Of a stretch of 64,000 nt of DNA, positions 23,936 to 36,320 are shown one piece after another. Each line of letters begins with the position of its first letter. The first letter of the stretch is position 1. Origin of the DNA: Nemertoderma westbladi (Eukaryota; Animalia; Xenacoelomorpha); the NCBI GenBank assembly GCA_032718475.1, contig JAUCBJ010007329.1, forward strand, positions 124,001 to 188,000, read 5' to 3'. Below the pieces are notes generated by a model. That model ran no database searches and had not been told where the DNA came from. It saw only the letters and a program-made list of their open reading frames with translations. The position numbers and the translations under genes are program-made.

Positions 23936-24315
23936 AAGTAATTTCGATCGCAGAGGAAAGGGGGATGGAGTATCCCGGACATTATCTACTACCAGTTATA
24001 ACCCACCATTACTTATTATATTGTGATATTGTGTATTGGTGTTGGGTTGTTATGATTGAACTGACTTATCCTATTTTATATGATATAACCTACGCGTAGC
24101 TACTATAATAATCTACGCGTAGCTGCTATAATACCTACAGCGGTACTGCACAGCTGCAGTACCGGTATGCTTTACCAGTTTACTGATTACTGAACTACAG
24201 ACAGAGCAGCAGAGGTATCTGACTGTCTGAGAACTACTGACCAATAATTATGGAAGTGTAATTAATAATAACCCACGCATTGCCCAGAGATATTATATTA
24301 TTATATTTTATGACA
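21366..24315 (+). mobile_element. 5'-truncated Gypsy/Ty3 (Mag-like) LTR retrotransposon: RT-RNase H-integrase, PPT and 3' LTR
   Basis: LDAKSGYWQV, IVDD, ETDAS, TDHRPL, TDGGPQY and NGHAEASVK motifs, C-terminal RNRRFL. PPT agaggaaagggga at ~23952-23965; putative LTR TG 23966...TGACA 24315. No gag, protease or 5' LTR. Confidence 0.9.
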
Positions 24316-24540
24316 CTGGCGTTCTTTTTACTTTTAATATAATGTAAAGTTAAGAACGATACAAATAGCAAAAGTTAAATTCAATTATAACTTTCTGAAA
24401 TTTAAATGGAATTTATGAACCCCAATTACAATATTCTGAAATCAAAAGGAAATTATTGAAAACCAAATGAAAGAATATATAATTCAAATGTATTTTATGA
24501 AATCAATGTGATGTTTTCTCAAATACATGTTGAAAAGGTG

Positions 24541-24639
24541 TAGTAATAGTAGCTACACTAGTAATAGTAGCTACACTAGTAATAGTAGCTACACTAGTAA
24601 TAGTAGCTACACTAGTAATAGTAGCTACACTAGTAATAG
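24541..24639. repeat. 18-bp minisatellite, right part
   Basis: About 5.5 units of the same repeat as 3179-3553, same orientation. Confidence 0.95.
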
Positions 24640-24641
24640 CC

Positions 24642-25170
24642 GCGGCACGGCACGGCACGGCACGGCACGGCACGGCACGGCACGGCACGGCACGGCACGG
24701 CACGGCTCGGCACGGCACGGCACGGCTCGGCACGGCACGGCACGGCACGGCACGGCACGGCACGGCACGGCACGGCACGGCACGGCACGGCACGGCACGG
24801 CACGGCACGGCACGGCACGGCACGGCACGGCACGGCACGGCACGGCACGGCACGGCACGGCACGGCACGGCACGGCACGGCACGGCACGGCACGGCACGG
24901 CACGGCACGGCACGGCACGGCACGGCACGGCACGGCACGGCACGGCACGGCACGGCACGGCACGGCACGGCACGGCACGGCACGGCACGGCACGGCACGG
25001 CACGGCACGGCACGGCACGGCACGGCACGGCACGGCACGGCACGGCACGGCACGGCACGGCACGGCACGGCACGGCACGGCACGGCACGGCACGGCGCGG
25101 CGCGGCGCGGCACGGCACGGCACGGCACGGTACGGCACGACACGGCAAGGCACGGCACGGCACGGCACGG
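24642..25170. repeat. (CACGG)n pentanucleotide microsatellite
   Basis: About 105 units, a few variants. Confidence 0.98.
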
Positions 25171-27402
25171 TTGAGCTACAAATTTATTCGGCTTAATGTT
25201 TATGTACATAACATTGTAGAATATTTATTGATTAATTACCAGTGGAGTTTCTGCACACAACTCAATAACTTATTATTATGACAATGTTCTACATGCCCTG
25301 TCCATCATGCTTGAATTGTGCTGCCTATCCAAATGATATATGATTGACAGAGAGCAAGAGTTTATTTATATATACATTGTGTGCAAACAATACGTGCATA
25401 TTATATTCAATTTCCTTCGCGTGAGTAAATTTTAACGTAAATTTAATTTTAGTCTGTAGGTGTTCATACATCATCTACAGTATACTTTATTTGGGTTTAG
25501 TTGTCCGGTACTGTAGTTAGAATTTTATTGTTAAAAAATTACTTTGTTGATGATGTATGATGATGTTGCCACGGTTACAGTTGTAACTCTCCCTTTAAGT
25601 AGTTTAGAATAATTGAATAATTTTTTTAATTATTGGTCCTTGTTGTTGTTGGTTGTCAGATCTTCATTAATTAATTGGCGTTACGAATATTCCACGCGCC
25701 GCACAATGTTTAATATCCATTTCATTTATTTTTAGCCGAAGCAGGACCTTATCGCCCCTGGAAGTTTAACTTTTTATCCCTATAATCGTTTTAGCTCAGT
25801 CTCGAATGTCATTATTATTTTGTTAGGCCAATAATACAGCTTTCAAACGTCAGCGTACATATATAACATTCTGCTAAACAGACACTATTTTCTGAGATTT
25901 TAACCAATTTTTAGAGTTTAGTACACTAAACTATCCTTTGCTTTATCGTACTTAACTAGAAACCTTCTTTGATATGGGATAGGGATGCTTCAGAGATGAT
26001 TTATTCTGAGATGATTCGGTTTAATTAGTTGATCATTATTATGAAACACAAATTTATTATTGAGCGATTCTACTACAAAAACTATAAAAATTATACCAAA
26101 CCGCCAACCAATCAAAGAAGAGGGGACAGTTCCACCCCTTCAACGCCCCTCTTAATCTCTCTTAACCTTATAATCAGCACTCCAACAAAAGGGTTAAAAA
26201 TCAAAACAATTGGATTCATTAAATAAATATTAATTAACAACCTAATATAGCTAATGTACCTAAAAAACAATACAATGCACTGGTCATCTTATTGTTGTAG
26301 TAACATAACTCTTTTAATTTGGGTTTGGGCTGCCATTCTGTGAGTTAAGGATATCAAGTACTCCCCCAATATTCACTAACTGGAGGCAGGGTGGGGGGGA
26401 AGCTGGGCACAAATCACATCTCAGGAAAATTAATATCATCGAAAGTCTTTATTACCTCGTGGGTGACACTGCGAAAGGCAGACACCACTGGCTGCCTGGT
26501 ATACTGTACTAACACTATAACTATAAAATTATCCATCAATCCATCCGATCTGACTTCCCTTCCCTTCAGGCTTCAGACTTCAGCCTTCCACTTGCTTCGA
26601 AAAGTTTTTGCACCGGTATCCGTTCTGGTTCTGTATTCGTTCCGGACAGACCGAATTCGCCGCAGAGATTCGGGGTGAACATAAATATGAGCTCGAGTTA
26701 TTGTGTGGTAGCTCGGATCAGTAGGCCTACTGCTTAAATACAATGAGTATCAAGGTCAACGTAGCCGGGCACCAGGGGATGACAGAGCGAGTTACTTCAG
26801 TACTTTATAAAACCGACGCATTGTCATTGTCAACTGTCAGACTGCTCAAAAAGTTCCATGCTTTTTCCAGTCCTCGATTAGTCCAGCCTCGTGCCTCGAT
26901 TTGCCCATCACCCGTAACGCTAGCAGTACCGAAAGTTGAGCTTGAGGTCGACATACCACATATAGAGCGACAGAGGCGGTGGCCTTGTCAGTGAGTTGTT
27001 TGATTCCAATTTCACCACTAGACCAAGCTGCTGCTATTGAAATTTAAACAATTTTTTAACAATTAAATAATGCTTTTAGTAAACTGTGGCTGCACCACAG
27101 TTGTAGTATGATCAAATTAATTTTGGGTTTAGATATTTTGTATAGTTATTGTTTTTGAGTCAAGTTCATAAGTCTGCCAAAACAACTTTAATCAATATTA
27201 GTTAACGATTTCGCAATTTATTGTAACTAATTTTAGAATAAATTACCTGACCAGCTACTGATTTGGACAAAAATGGTAGCATAGGTGTAAATATAGACAG
27301 AGAATTAAGCGAACAGACACACACATGACATTCGTTACTTTACATTTAAATATCTCGTCCCATATTAAGAAATACCTTTGCTCTTTCATCACATGAGTAC
27401 TC

Positions 27403-29690
27403 TGTAAAAGCTTTTGCGGACATAACAAGTCATTTTTACGCAATGCGCGGAATACTCTAAAATATCCCTAAAATTGTTCAACTACGCGTCGGACAGAAAT
27501 TAGAACCAAGATGACGAAATCTGTCAGCTGATTCTTTGTGTAGTGGAGATTCCTTTGTTTGAGCCTATTCAGCCAATCAGAGCAATCTTCTCAGTTATGC
27601 CAGTAGAGACCTACCTGTGGAAACTGGCGCATGCGCATTAGTTATCGTTTTTCTGAGAATTAGATTCCTCTTAGAATTCTGTACTAAGTACGGACGTTAC
27701 AGACTTTGGCCCAAGAACATCTGATGGCCTTAGTTATAAGAACGTAAATCTATTAACCTGAATCACATAACAACAAACTCAATACGACCAAACCAAACTT
27801 CATGAACACCTACTGACTGTTCACCGCACTGTTTTAATGCTGTTTTATATTGTTAATTGCTGTTTATATTAATGGACGTTGTATTTGGAGAATACCGATA
27901 AATAATCGTAAACCCCTCAACTTTCTTGATTACTGAGGTAAGCAGAGGAAGGGTCTACCGGTAGCAACTGTGACTCAAATTATAGTGGTTTTGTGTGAAT
28001 TAAATGCTATTTCATAATCCCTACGTGTGTCAGTTGCAATCCTCCTTATATATGATCAAAATCAGTGACGGTCGGCAAATAGTATGAATTAGTGTGAAGT
28101 AGTGTGAATTCGTGTGAAGGTTAATAAAGCATCTCCTAAAGAATGCGCTATTTACAATACTGTAAAAGCTTTTGCGGATATAACCAGTCATTTTCTCCGC
28201 AATATACCGTGTAGGTGTTTTAGCGGACATAACAAGCCATTTTCTCCGCAATGTACTGTGTGGGTGTTTTAGCGGACATAACAAGCCATTTTCTGCCGCA
28301 ATGCGCTTAATACTCTAAAAGACTGGAACTCAGATGACGAAATCTGTCAGCTGATTTACTGTAAACGTGGAACATATCTTTGTTCAGCTCGCTCAGCCAA
28401 TCAGAGTGATTTTCATTTTATCTTGTACAGAGGCCTACGGAAAACCGCGCAATGCATTACGGTCTTTGTTTACCTTTCTGAGCGGGAGAACTGCTTGGAA
28501 ATTCTTCTGTACTTCTGTGTGGAAGTTTCAGACTTTGACCTAAACATCAGAAACATCAGATGGCTTTGATTACAAGAAAGTAAAACTATTAACGCAACGC
28601 AATTCAACTACGCAGCACACCGCATCACACCGCAAGTCAACATTGCTGCACATGGAACACTGCATCAGTAACACATACTGACTGTTCACCGCATTATTTT
28701 ACTTCTGTTATTAATTATTGTTAATTGGTGTATATTGCTGATATATTTGGAGAATACCGATGAATAATCATAAAACCCCCAATCTTTTGATTTCTGAAGG
28801 TTAGAGGAACAGGTTTACCGGTAGCAACTGCAACTTACATTATAGTGGTTTTTGTGTGAATTAAATGCTATTTCATGATCCCTACATGTGTCAGTTGCGA
28901 TCCTCCTTATATATGATCAAATTCAGTGAAGGTCGGCAGATCAGTGCGCAGTAGTGTGAAGTCGTGTGAAGTAGTGTGAAGGTTAATAAAGCATCTCCTA
29001 AAGAATGCGCTTTTTACGAAACTCAGTAGCCATCCAGTTGTGATTAGTATAAGTCATAACTCTGTTTTATACTTAAAGCGCCAAGTCCTAAAGGAACTGT
29101 TAATATTTCCCTGAAAGTAAATATATTGTCAGAGATTATATATTAACAATCAATCGAATAATACAGTAGGTCTACACTGCAATCACTATCAAAGCATCTG
29201 AATCCAGTCTCCCTTAACTGTGGGTGAATGGTCGCGCACAGGCTGGCTTCGGCTGATGTAACTTCAGTACATTAAATAATTTATATACAAAAAGACAATT
29301 AAAATTGGCAGGTTAAACTGCTAAAGGTCTAAAAGCGCGAACAAATACTCTGTGGCCATCTAGTTGTGATTAGTGTAAGTCATAACTCTGTTTTGTACTT
29401 AAAGCGCCACGTCCTACAGGAACTGTTAATATTTCCCCGAAAGTAAATATAGTTGTCAGAGATTATATAGTAGCGATCAATCGAATAATACAAAGTAGCC
29501 TACACTGCAATAACTTCCTAGGGAATCCGAATCCAGTCTCCCGCACCGTGGGTCATACGCCGCGCAAGGACTGGCTTCGGCAGATGTAACTTCAGTACAC
29601 CAGATAATTGGTAAGGGCTAAAGTCGATTCATAATTAAAAAGATATTTAAATTGGCAGGTTAAACTGCTAAAGGTCTAAAAGCGCGAACA
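27403..29690 (+). mobile_element. LTR of a third LTR family (LTR-3), interrupted by a same-family solo LTR
   Basis: Starts TGTAAAAGC and ends GCGCGAACA. Contains AGCCAATC and AATAAA. Split into 27403-28160 and 29349-29690. Confidence 0.8.
28161..29343 (+). mobile_element. Solo LTR (LTR-3 family) with 5-bp TSD AATAC
   Basis: TGT...ACA termini; AATAC at 28156-28160 and 29344-29348; homologous to the host LTR. Confidence 0.88.
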
Positions 29691-30960
29691 TTAATAGATT
29701 TTGTTTCTTTTATTGCTCAGTAGGCAATAAAACCGAAACGTACCAGTCGGACGGTAAACTGTAGACCTGACCCGAACCGGTACTTATCCAGTATTATTTC
29801 GATTGTGAAATATTGTATATTGTAGGCTGTTAGGGGATTAGGGATTGATCACCCCTTACTCCTTTATATGGTTTACTTATTTCTGTCAGTTTTATTTATC
29901 GGTAAGTGTAATATTGAGCAGAAGGCGTGTAAGCCTGCTCAGATTGTATAAATAATTTGTAGGCCGGATTGTTGTCTAACTGTTGTTAGGTCTGAGGCGA
30001 TTGCAGTGTATGTAGAGAGTGTTTCCGATAAAGTGCTAGTTAGGAAAGTGGAGGCATCCAGTGCTGTAAGGTAAATCCCCCACGAAAGAATAAGTCATAC
30101 TACGTAGTTAGAACGCTTACTAACTAACCATTTTGGATATTGCATATACTGTGGTTTATTTAGGCTTGACAGTAGTCTGCCAGCATTTGGTCTGTGTTTC
30201 ATTTGAATAGTCTGTACGGGTAGCGTAATATTTATTATTCAGAGTCTATGCGACTATTCGAAACCTCCAACTCCCCAAGTTTATTCCTTACAGTAATTAT
30301 GCTTGTTATGCATACTGTTATAGTTAAATTAACCCCGGTACTACTTCAGGACTGCTTGGCGTAGGACAGACTGGTGATTTTGTGCTCTGGTCACTCCAGC
30401 AGATACCGTGGTTCTTTTGGCTGTTCACGTATATTTAACTGCTAGTTATATGTTGTATAAGTGCTTGTACCTAGTTTAGGGTTTAGAGTACAGCGCTTTC
30501 CTGAAAGTAATTTAGTGCATAGGCAGTATATTTGTGTTGTAATGTGGTTAATAGGTCCGTTAGCTCTGGTTGGCTTCGATAATTAACCTCTAGGTATAGG
30601 ACACTCCGGGTACATAATGTAGTGCTTATAGTGTAAGACTATAAGCCGTCAGATGGTGGCATTTCCTTATCTGGACAACACAACGTACTTAATACTACTT
30701 TATTGGTTTCAAATACCGTAATTCCTGTCGGTTTGTAAGAACCAGAAATTCTAACTCCTGGTTAGTCTGGTCCGTAAATTTCTTGTTAAATTATCCTAAA
30801 AAATTGTACTTGTAACTTGTTTATTGTTTATTTAGAGATTGTGTAATCTCAACCCAATACGTAAGTAATTTGTAGTGATAAGTAACTTTGTTAAGTAGAA
30901 TTATCAGTATTTAGTGTCTAACAAGTAGCACTCCACTGAGAGCGTCCAGCCTCTGTGTAG
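29691..30960 (+). mobile_element. Probable non-coding 5' internal leader of the LTR-3 element (truncated)
   Basis: Follows the LTR end directly, has no long ORF, and is compositionally similar to the BEL-1 leader. Right boundary uncertain. Confidence 0.45.
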
Positions 30961-31073
30961 TGACTTCTTACTCAGAAATAATAACATTTATTTCAAATAT
31001 TGACAAAACCCATTACGGGTATATATATATATTTATAAATCAACTTAATCAGATTTATAATTAAGCTTAATCG

Positions 31074-31735
31074 GATTGATCGCTACTATATAATCTCTGA
31101 CAACTATATTTACTTTCGGGGAAATATTAACAGTTCCTTTAGGACATGGCGCTTTAAGTATAAAAACAGAGTTATGACTTACACTAATCACAACTTGATG
31201 GCCACAGAGTTTCGGAAATAGCGCATTCTTTAGGAGATGCTTTATTAAACTATTGTTGCTTTATAAAACAGCATTAAAACAGTGCGGTGAACAGTCAGTA
31301 TGTGTTCATGAAGTTCAGTGTTCCAGTATGACAAGTGTATGACCAGTATGAATTGAGTCGAATGGCTTGTTAAGGCAAGTTAATAGATTTACGTCCTTAT
31401 AACTCCAGCCATCAGATGTTCTTGGGCCAAAGTCTGAAACGTCCGTACTTAGTACAGAATTCTGAGAGGAATCTAATTCTCAGAAAAACGATAACTAAAT
31501 GTGCATGCGCTAGTTTCCTCAGGTAGGTCTCTACTGGCATAACTAGGAAGATTGCTCTGATTGGCTGAATAAGCTTGAACAAAGAGATCTCCACGTACAC
31601 AAAGAATCAGCTGACAGATTTTGTCATCTTGGTTCTAATTTCTTTCCGACGCGTAGTTGAACAATTTTAGGGCTATTTTAGAATATTCTGCGCATTGTGT
31701 AAAAATGACTTGTTATGTCCGCAAAAGCTTTTACA
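31074..31735 (-). mobile_element. Inverted, internally deleted and truncated LTR-3 copy
   Basis: Reverse complement of 27403-~27850 joined to the AATAAA/U5 region; intact TGTAAAAG end at 31735. Confidence 0.85.
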
Positions 31736-31904
31736 TCTTTAAGAGTGTACAATAGTACATTGATTTAATATTATTTCAATACCCATATTACTACATCGGC
31801 ATACGATGCGTTGGCGTTGTATCACACATCTCCACATAGATGTATCAGCAGTTACTCGCACAGTTTCGAAAATTCGCATAGTTATAACTGTATAAAGGTC
31901 GTCA

Positions 31905-32205
31905 GTCTTGGTTTAGGAAAAATATTTTAATGCAAAACAGGATGAGCGACGAGCGCAACGAGGCATATAATGAAGACGAGTGCTGCGTAGACTATATTCC
32001 TATTAACCATACCTGGCTGCGCCTATTGAAGGCATCGGTAGTTATAAAGATCGTCCGTCAGTCTGCGTTTAGGAAATATGTTTAAATACAAAACAGGACG
32101 AGCACAACGACGTTTATAATAATGAAGACGAGTACTGCCTACTGCGTTGATTATATTCCAATAAACCATACCTGGCTTCGCCTATTGAAGGCATCAGTAG
32201 TTATA
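31905..32205. repeat. ~150-bp direct duplication
   Basis: aaaacagga...gaagacgagt...taaccatacctggct..gcctattgaaggcatc.gtagttataaa occurs twice. Confidence 0.7.
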
Positions 32206-32209
32206 AATT

Positions 32210-32408
32210 ACTGGTGGGTGGGAAGGGTGGGGGGGGGGGATGCAGATTAAAAGGGGTGAACACGTACTGTCCCCCTTTCTTTAATTGATTGGTGGTGTGG
32301 GTAAATTTCTCAAAACCTGATTTTGTGATATAGTCGCGAGTCGGTCAATTTTAATCTGTATATGATAACTGAGCCTCGTCCTGCGCGATGGCCCCACGAA
32401 CGTGTTTA
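32210..32408 (-). mobile_element. Partial copy of the Helentron-like repeat at 61817
   Basis: Reverse complement of ~61817-62005 (aacacgttcgtggggcc.tcgcgcaggacgaggc...gggggacagtacgtgttca). Confidence 0.7.
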
Positions 32409-33245
32409 CTCTTCATATAGATATAGTTGTAGAGATGTTTAATGCTTTATTAGAACCTAATACATACTTGAAGCAATTACATGTGCTACTATATATGGAT
32501 GACGCTGCAGTACTTGCAGAATCCAGATCTCAGTGTATATAGAAATTGGATATACTGAGGAGATGCTGAGGAGATACTGAGGCAATGCTTTGGTTACGAA
32601 TATGGACTCATATGTGTATTTAGGCGCTCAGTTTACTCAGGACGGTAAAATATCGACAGCTATAAAGCTGCACATAAAAGAGTGCGAAAAACATGTACGT
32701 AAATTCGCTGCATTCTGCGCAACTAATACTAATATGCCTTTCGTATTTAAGAGGAAAGTTTTTTGAAAGCGCACTTTTTGTTACGATATTTTATTCGAGT
32801 GATACATGGATTTCTAGTTGTGGAAGAAAATAAATATCATTAATGTATTTAAAGCTAGTTAAAATGCTATTGAATGTGCGTATTACAACAGCTAGCTTAC
32901 TTTGTTTGACAGAATTAGGATTAGTAGATGCGGAAACAATAATTATTGATACTAACATTAAGAAATCTATTTCCGGGCAATCGAAAATATGGGACGTTGA
33001 GGATCCGCTATTTATAGCGTTTCAGTTGTGCAAAGAAGTTAATAGCCCTGGTTATAAGTATCTCAATAAATTAATATTAGATAATGGTAATATGGTGCTG
33101 AATAACAAATGTAAAATGGTTTCAGATATACGTAGGAAAGCAGTATCACAGAGTAAATTTAGAACGTATGAAGAAATTAATCCAATGTTAGAAGTGCATG
33201 CTATTTATAGAGTCAACAGTGTTTACCAGATAATATGCGAGTTAA

Positions 33246-35099
33246 CCCTATTAGTACCGGGCTATAAAATGTTGTACAAATACCGGGGGGGGGGGGGGGG
33301 GGGTCATATTGACCCCCCCCCCTCTAAAATCTACAAATATTTACGAAAACGTCTGATTTTTTGTTTGTACGTAGGTATCACTAGTCTGGATCCGATGTAC
33401 TGGGGTGGTTATATTGCAGCACCAAAATTACAAGTAGTGCACAATTTTCACAAAATTTGAAAGTTACATTTTCGGCTAATTATTTTTCAATACAGGTTTT
33501 CTGGGGTGCAAAATAGATTGGAAAATATTTAGAAATGATATGATTACTATAAATGGCTGTTTAGTCCTCTCTGCGTAGGAAAGAAATGAAAAAAACAAGT
33601 AACCAACACTTTTCAGTTAGAACACAACATTTTTAATTCACTTATACGATGCTATAAATTCACATTTTCAGGTTTTCGAAGGCGCTGATTCTAATGGAAT
33701 ATATTTCTAATATGCCAGATCATTGCTACTTGTATTTTTCGGCGTAATTTGGCAAATTTTGGTGCTAGCACCAAATTTCGTACCCATCACCAAAAAGTAC
33801 AAGTTTGCGATGTCCAGTGCTGTTTTTATGGATTCCATCGGATTCAGGACCCTCATAAACCCGTATAACGCAAGAAACAAGGTGATACTATCTTCTGATC
33901 AATTTGCATATTTTCCAAAATTTGGTGCTGGCACAACAATTTTCACCCACCGGCGAAAAATACAAGTTTGATAACTCTTATGAAATTTTTACTGATTCCA
34001 TTGAATTCAGAACCATCACAAACCCGTATAACGCAAGAAACAAGGTGACACAATCAATTGATATATTTGATGGTTTTCAAAATTTGGTGCTAGCACCACA
34101 TGTTCGCGCTTTTAGACCTTTAGCAGTTTAACCTGCCAAATTTAGGTGTCTTCTAGGTTATAAATCGACTTTAGCCTATCACAAGTATTTGATACACATA
34201 AAGCTACATTAGCCGAAGCCAGCCTATGCGCGACCATTCACCCACGGTTAAGGGAGACTGGATTCGGATGCTCTGACCTTGTTGCGGTGTAGGCCTACTG
34301 TATTATTCGACTGATCGTTAATATATAATCTCTGACAAATATTATTCACTTTCGGGAAATATTAACAGTTCCTTTAGGACATGGCGCTCTAAGTATGTAA
34401 ACAGAGTTATGACTTACTTATTTTGCACCCATATCCGAAAAATACAAGTTTGAGATGTCTAGTTCGATAATTATATATTCCATTGAATTCAGAACAGCCA
34501 TAAACATCTAAAACGCAAGAAATAAATTGTCACAAGCAATTTTATCTATTGAATGAATTTCGTGCTAGCACCAAAATTTGCACACAGCACCGAAAAATGC
34601 AAGTTTGATACGCTTGGCGCAACTCGTATATATTTCATCGAATCCAGAACCCCAAAAAACCCCAATTGCGTAAAAAACAAGTTTCAAACAATCAATTTAC
34701 AAAATTGACATAATTCAAAATTTGGTGCTGGCACCAAAATTTGGCACCCACCAAAAAAAACAAGTTTGAAATTTCTAAATCAATTAATATGAATTCCATC
34801 CAATTTCTAACACCAAAAAACCGGTGTAAATAAAAAATAGAGATGTTACAATTCATATTTAATGAAATGTAATTTTCAAAAAACGTCTCAAAAAAAGTGC
34901 CAAAAATAGGGTTAAAAAATGGTACTATAACTCGAAAAGTACCCAATATTTTTGAAAACGGTTTTCACTACTAGGAAGACAATAGATTTTTAGGAAAAGT
35001 CATAAAATTTCAGATTCCCAACTGCGTTTGTTTCAGAATTATAATAAAAAACCACGGGGGGGGGGTATATTGACCCCCCCCCCCCCGGGTTTAATAGGG
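33246..35099 (+). mobile_element. Non-autonomous piggyBac-type element, copy 1
   Basis: TTAA on both sides, CCCTATTA...TAATAGGG termini, subterminal G-run/gtcatattgac/C-run palindromes, ~163-bp internal subrepeats. Confidence 0.9.
34102..34418 (-). mobile_element. LTR-3 3'-end fragment inserted in piggyBac MITE copy 1
   Basis: Reverse complement of the last ~300 bp of LTR-3, starting exactly at the ...GCGCGAACA terminus. Absent from MITE copy 2. Confidence 0.85.
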
Positions 35100-35730
35100 T
35101 TAATGTAAGTAGATTTAGGTTGAGTTCACACAAATTAAGAATAGAAATTGGTAGGTGGAGTAGAACACCACGCGAAGATAGGGTCTGTTTCTGTAAAACC
35201 GGTCAAATTCAGACCGAGTCACATGTATTATTCGAGTGTCAGATGACCAGTAAAGTACCAGTAAAGTAGTCACAGTTCTCATGTAATAGTAACTTAGCGG
35301 ATTTTATGTGGTGTAAACCTGAGGTTGTTGCTAATTTAGTTACACAAATTTTGAATATTTTGGATTTAAAGTAAATATTGGACAAAAATACATTATTTAA
35401 GTGTTGTGAATCTTTATATCATGTCATTTGGTAATTGGATTAAAGCATTTGTGTTTAATAGTTTATTTAATTTCATTGTCGCCGTTTTGTCAATAAATAT
35501 ATATATATTATATATATATTACCGATGTTTGGTTTTAACTGTCTCCAAATTCTTGCAAAATTATTATTCAAGTTAACGAAATTGCTAAGCTAATAAATTG
35601 AAATTACCATGTAAATTGCAATATGTGAATTGTCATATTATCAGTTTAGGAATGAAAGGAATGGTCAAGAATACTTCATATAAATAGTGTAATTTCTGTG
35701 AGGCATAACGAAATCAGACTCTGACTACAT

Positions 35731-36320
35731 CTACTGCTGGGTACATGCTACTGCTGGGTACATGCTACTGATGGGTACATGCTACTGCTGGGTACATGCT
35801 ACTGATGGGTACATGCTACTGCTGGGTACATGCTACTGATGGGTACATGCTACTGCTGCGTACATGCTACTGCTGGGTACATGCTACTGCTGGGTACATG
35901 GTACTGCTGGGTACATGCTACTGCTGGGTACATGATACTGCTGGGTACATGCTAATGCTGGGTACATGCTACTGCTGGGTACATGCTACTGCTGGGTACA
36001 TGGTACTGCTGGGTACATGCTACTGCTGGGTACATGATACTGCTGGGTACATGCTACTGCTGGGTACATGCTACTGCTGGGTACATGCTACTGCTGGGTA
36101 CATGCTACTGATGGGTACATGCTACTGCTGCGTACATGCTACTGCTGGGTACATGCTACTGCTGGGTACATGGTACTGCTGGGTACATGCTACTGCTGGG
36201 TACATGATACTGCTGGGTACATGCTACTGCTGTATACATGCTACTGCTGGGTACATGCTACTGCTGGGTACATGCTACTGCTGGGTACATGCTACTGCTG
36301 GGTACATGCTAATGCTGGGT
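35731..36320. repeat. 17-bp minisatellite (CTACTGCTGGGTACATG)n
   Basis: About 35 units; a remnant continues at 37467-37490 beyond the L2 insertion. Confidence 0.95.

Larger units (their letters stand above)
3554..24540. mobile_element. Non-autonomous TIR DNA transposon (CACC...GGTG, TA target duplication) carrying nested retroelements
   Basis: ~44-bp terminal inverted repeats (caccttttcaacatgtattt..aaaacatcacattgatttc at 3554; reverse complement ending 24540). TA at 3552-3553 and 24541-24542. ~20-bp AT-rich subrepeats at 3600-4040, 20330-20540 and inverted at 24370-24500. No transposase seen. Confidence 0.8.
32430..35520 (+). mobile_element. Decayed RTE-X-like LINE 3' part, interrupted by a piggyBac MITE
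   Basis: LHVLLYMDD and YVYLG RT motifs before 33245. After the MITE it resumes with RFRLSSHKLRIEIGRW...C.C...QTESHVLFEC, then AATAAA(TA)n at ~35492-35520. Confidence 0.75.

Noticed and set aside
24316-24330. CTGGCG after the Gypsy LTR as the PBS of a tandem copy
   Set aside because: Match too short, and no internal Gypsy sequence follows.
24503-25209. (AVPCR)n / (ARHGT)n ORFs
   Set aside because: Artefacts of the (CACGG)n microsatellite.
27719-27756. Hammerhead ribozyme in LTR-3 (CTGATGG...AAA)
   Set aside because: Lacks the CUGANGA/GAAA core and stems; the solo LTR has CAGATGG.
27403-31735. Foldback DNA transposon or Ngaro-type split direct repeats
   Set aside because: Better explained by nested and inverted LTR copies, given the AATAC TSD and TG...CA ends.
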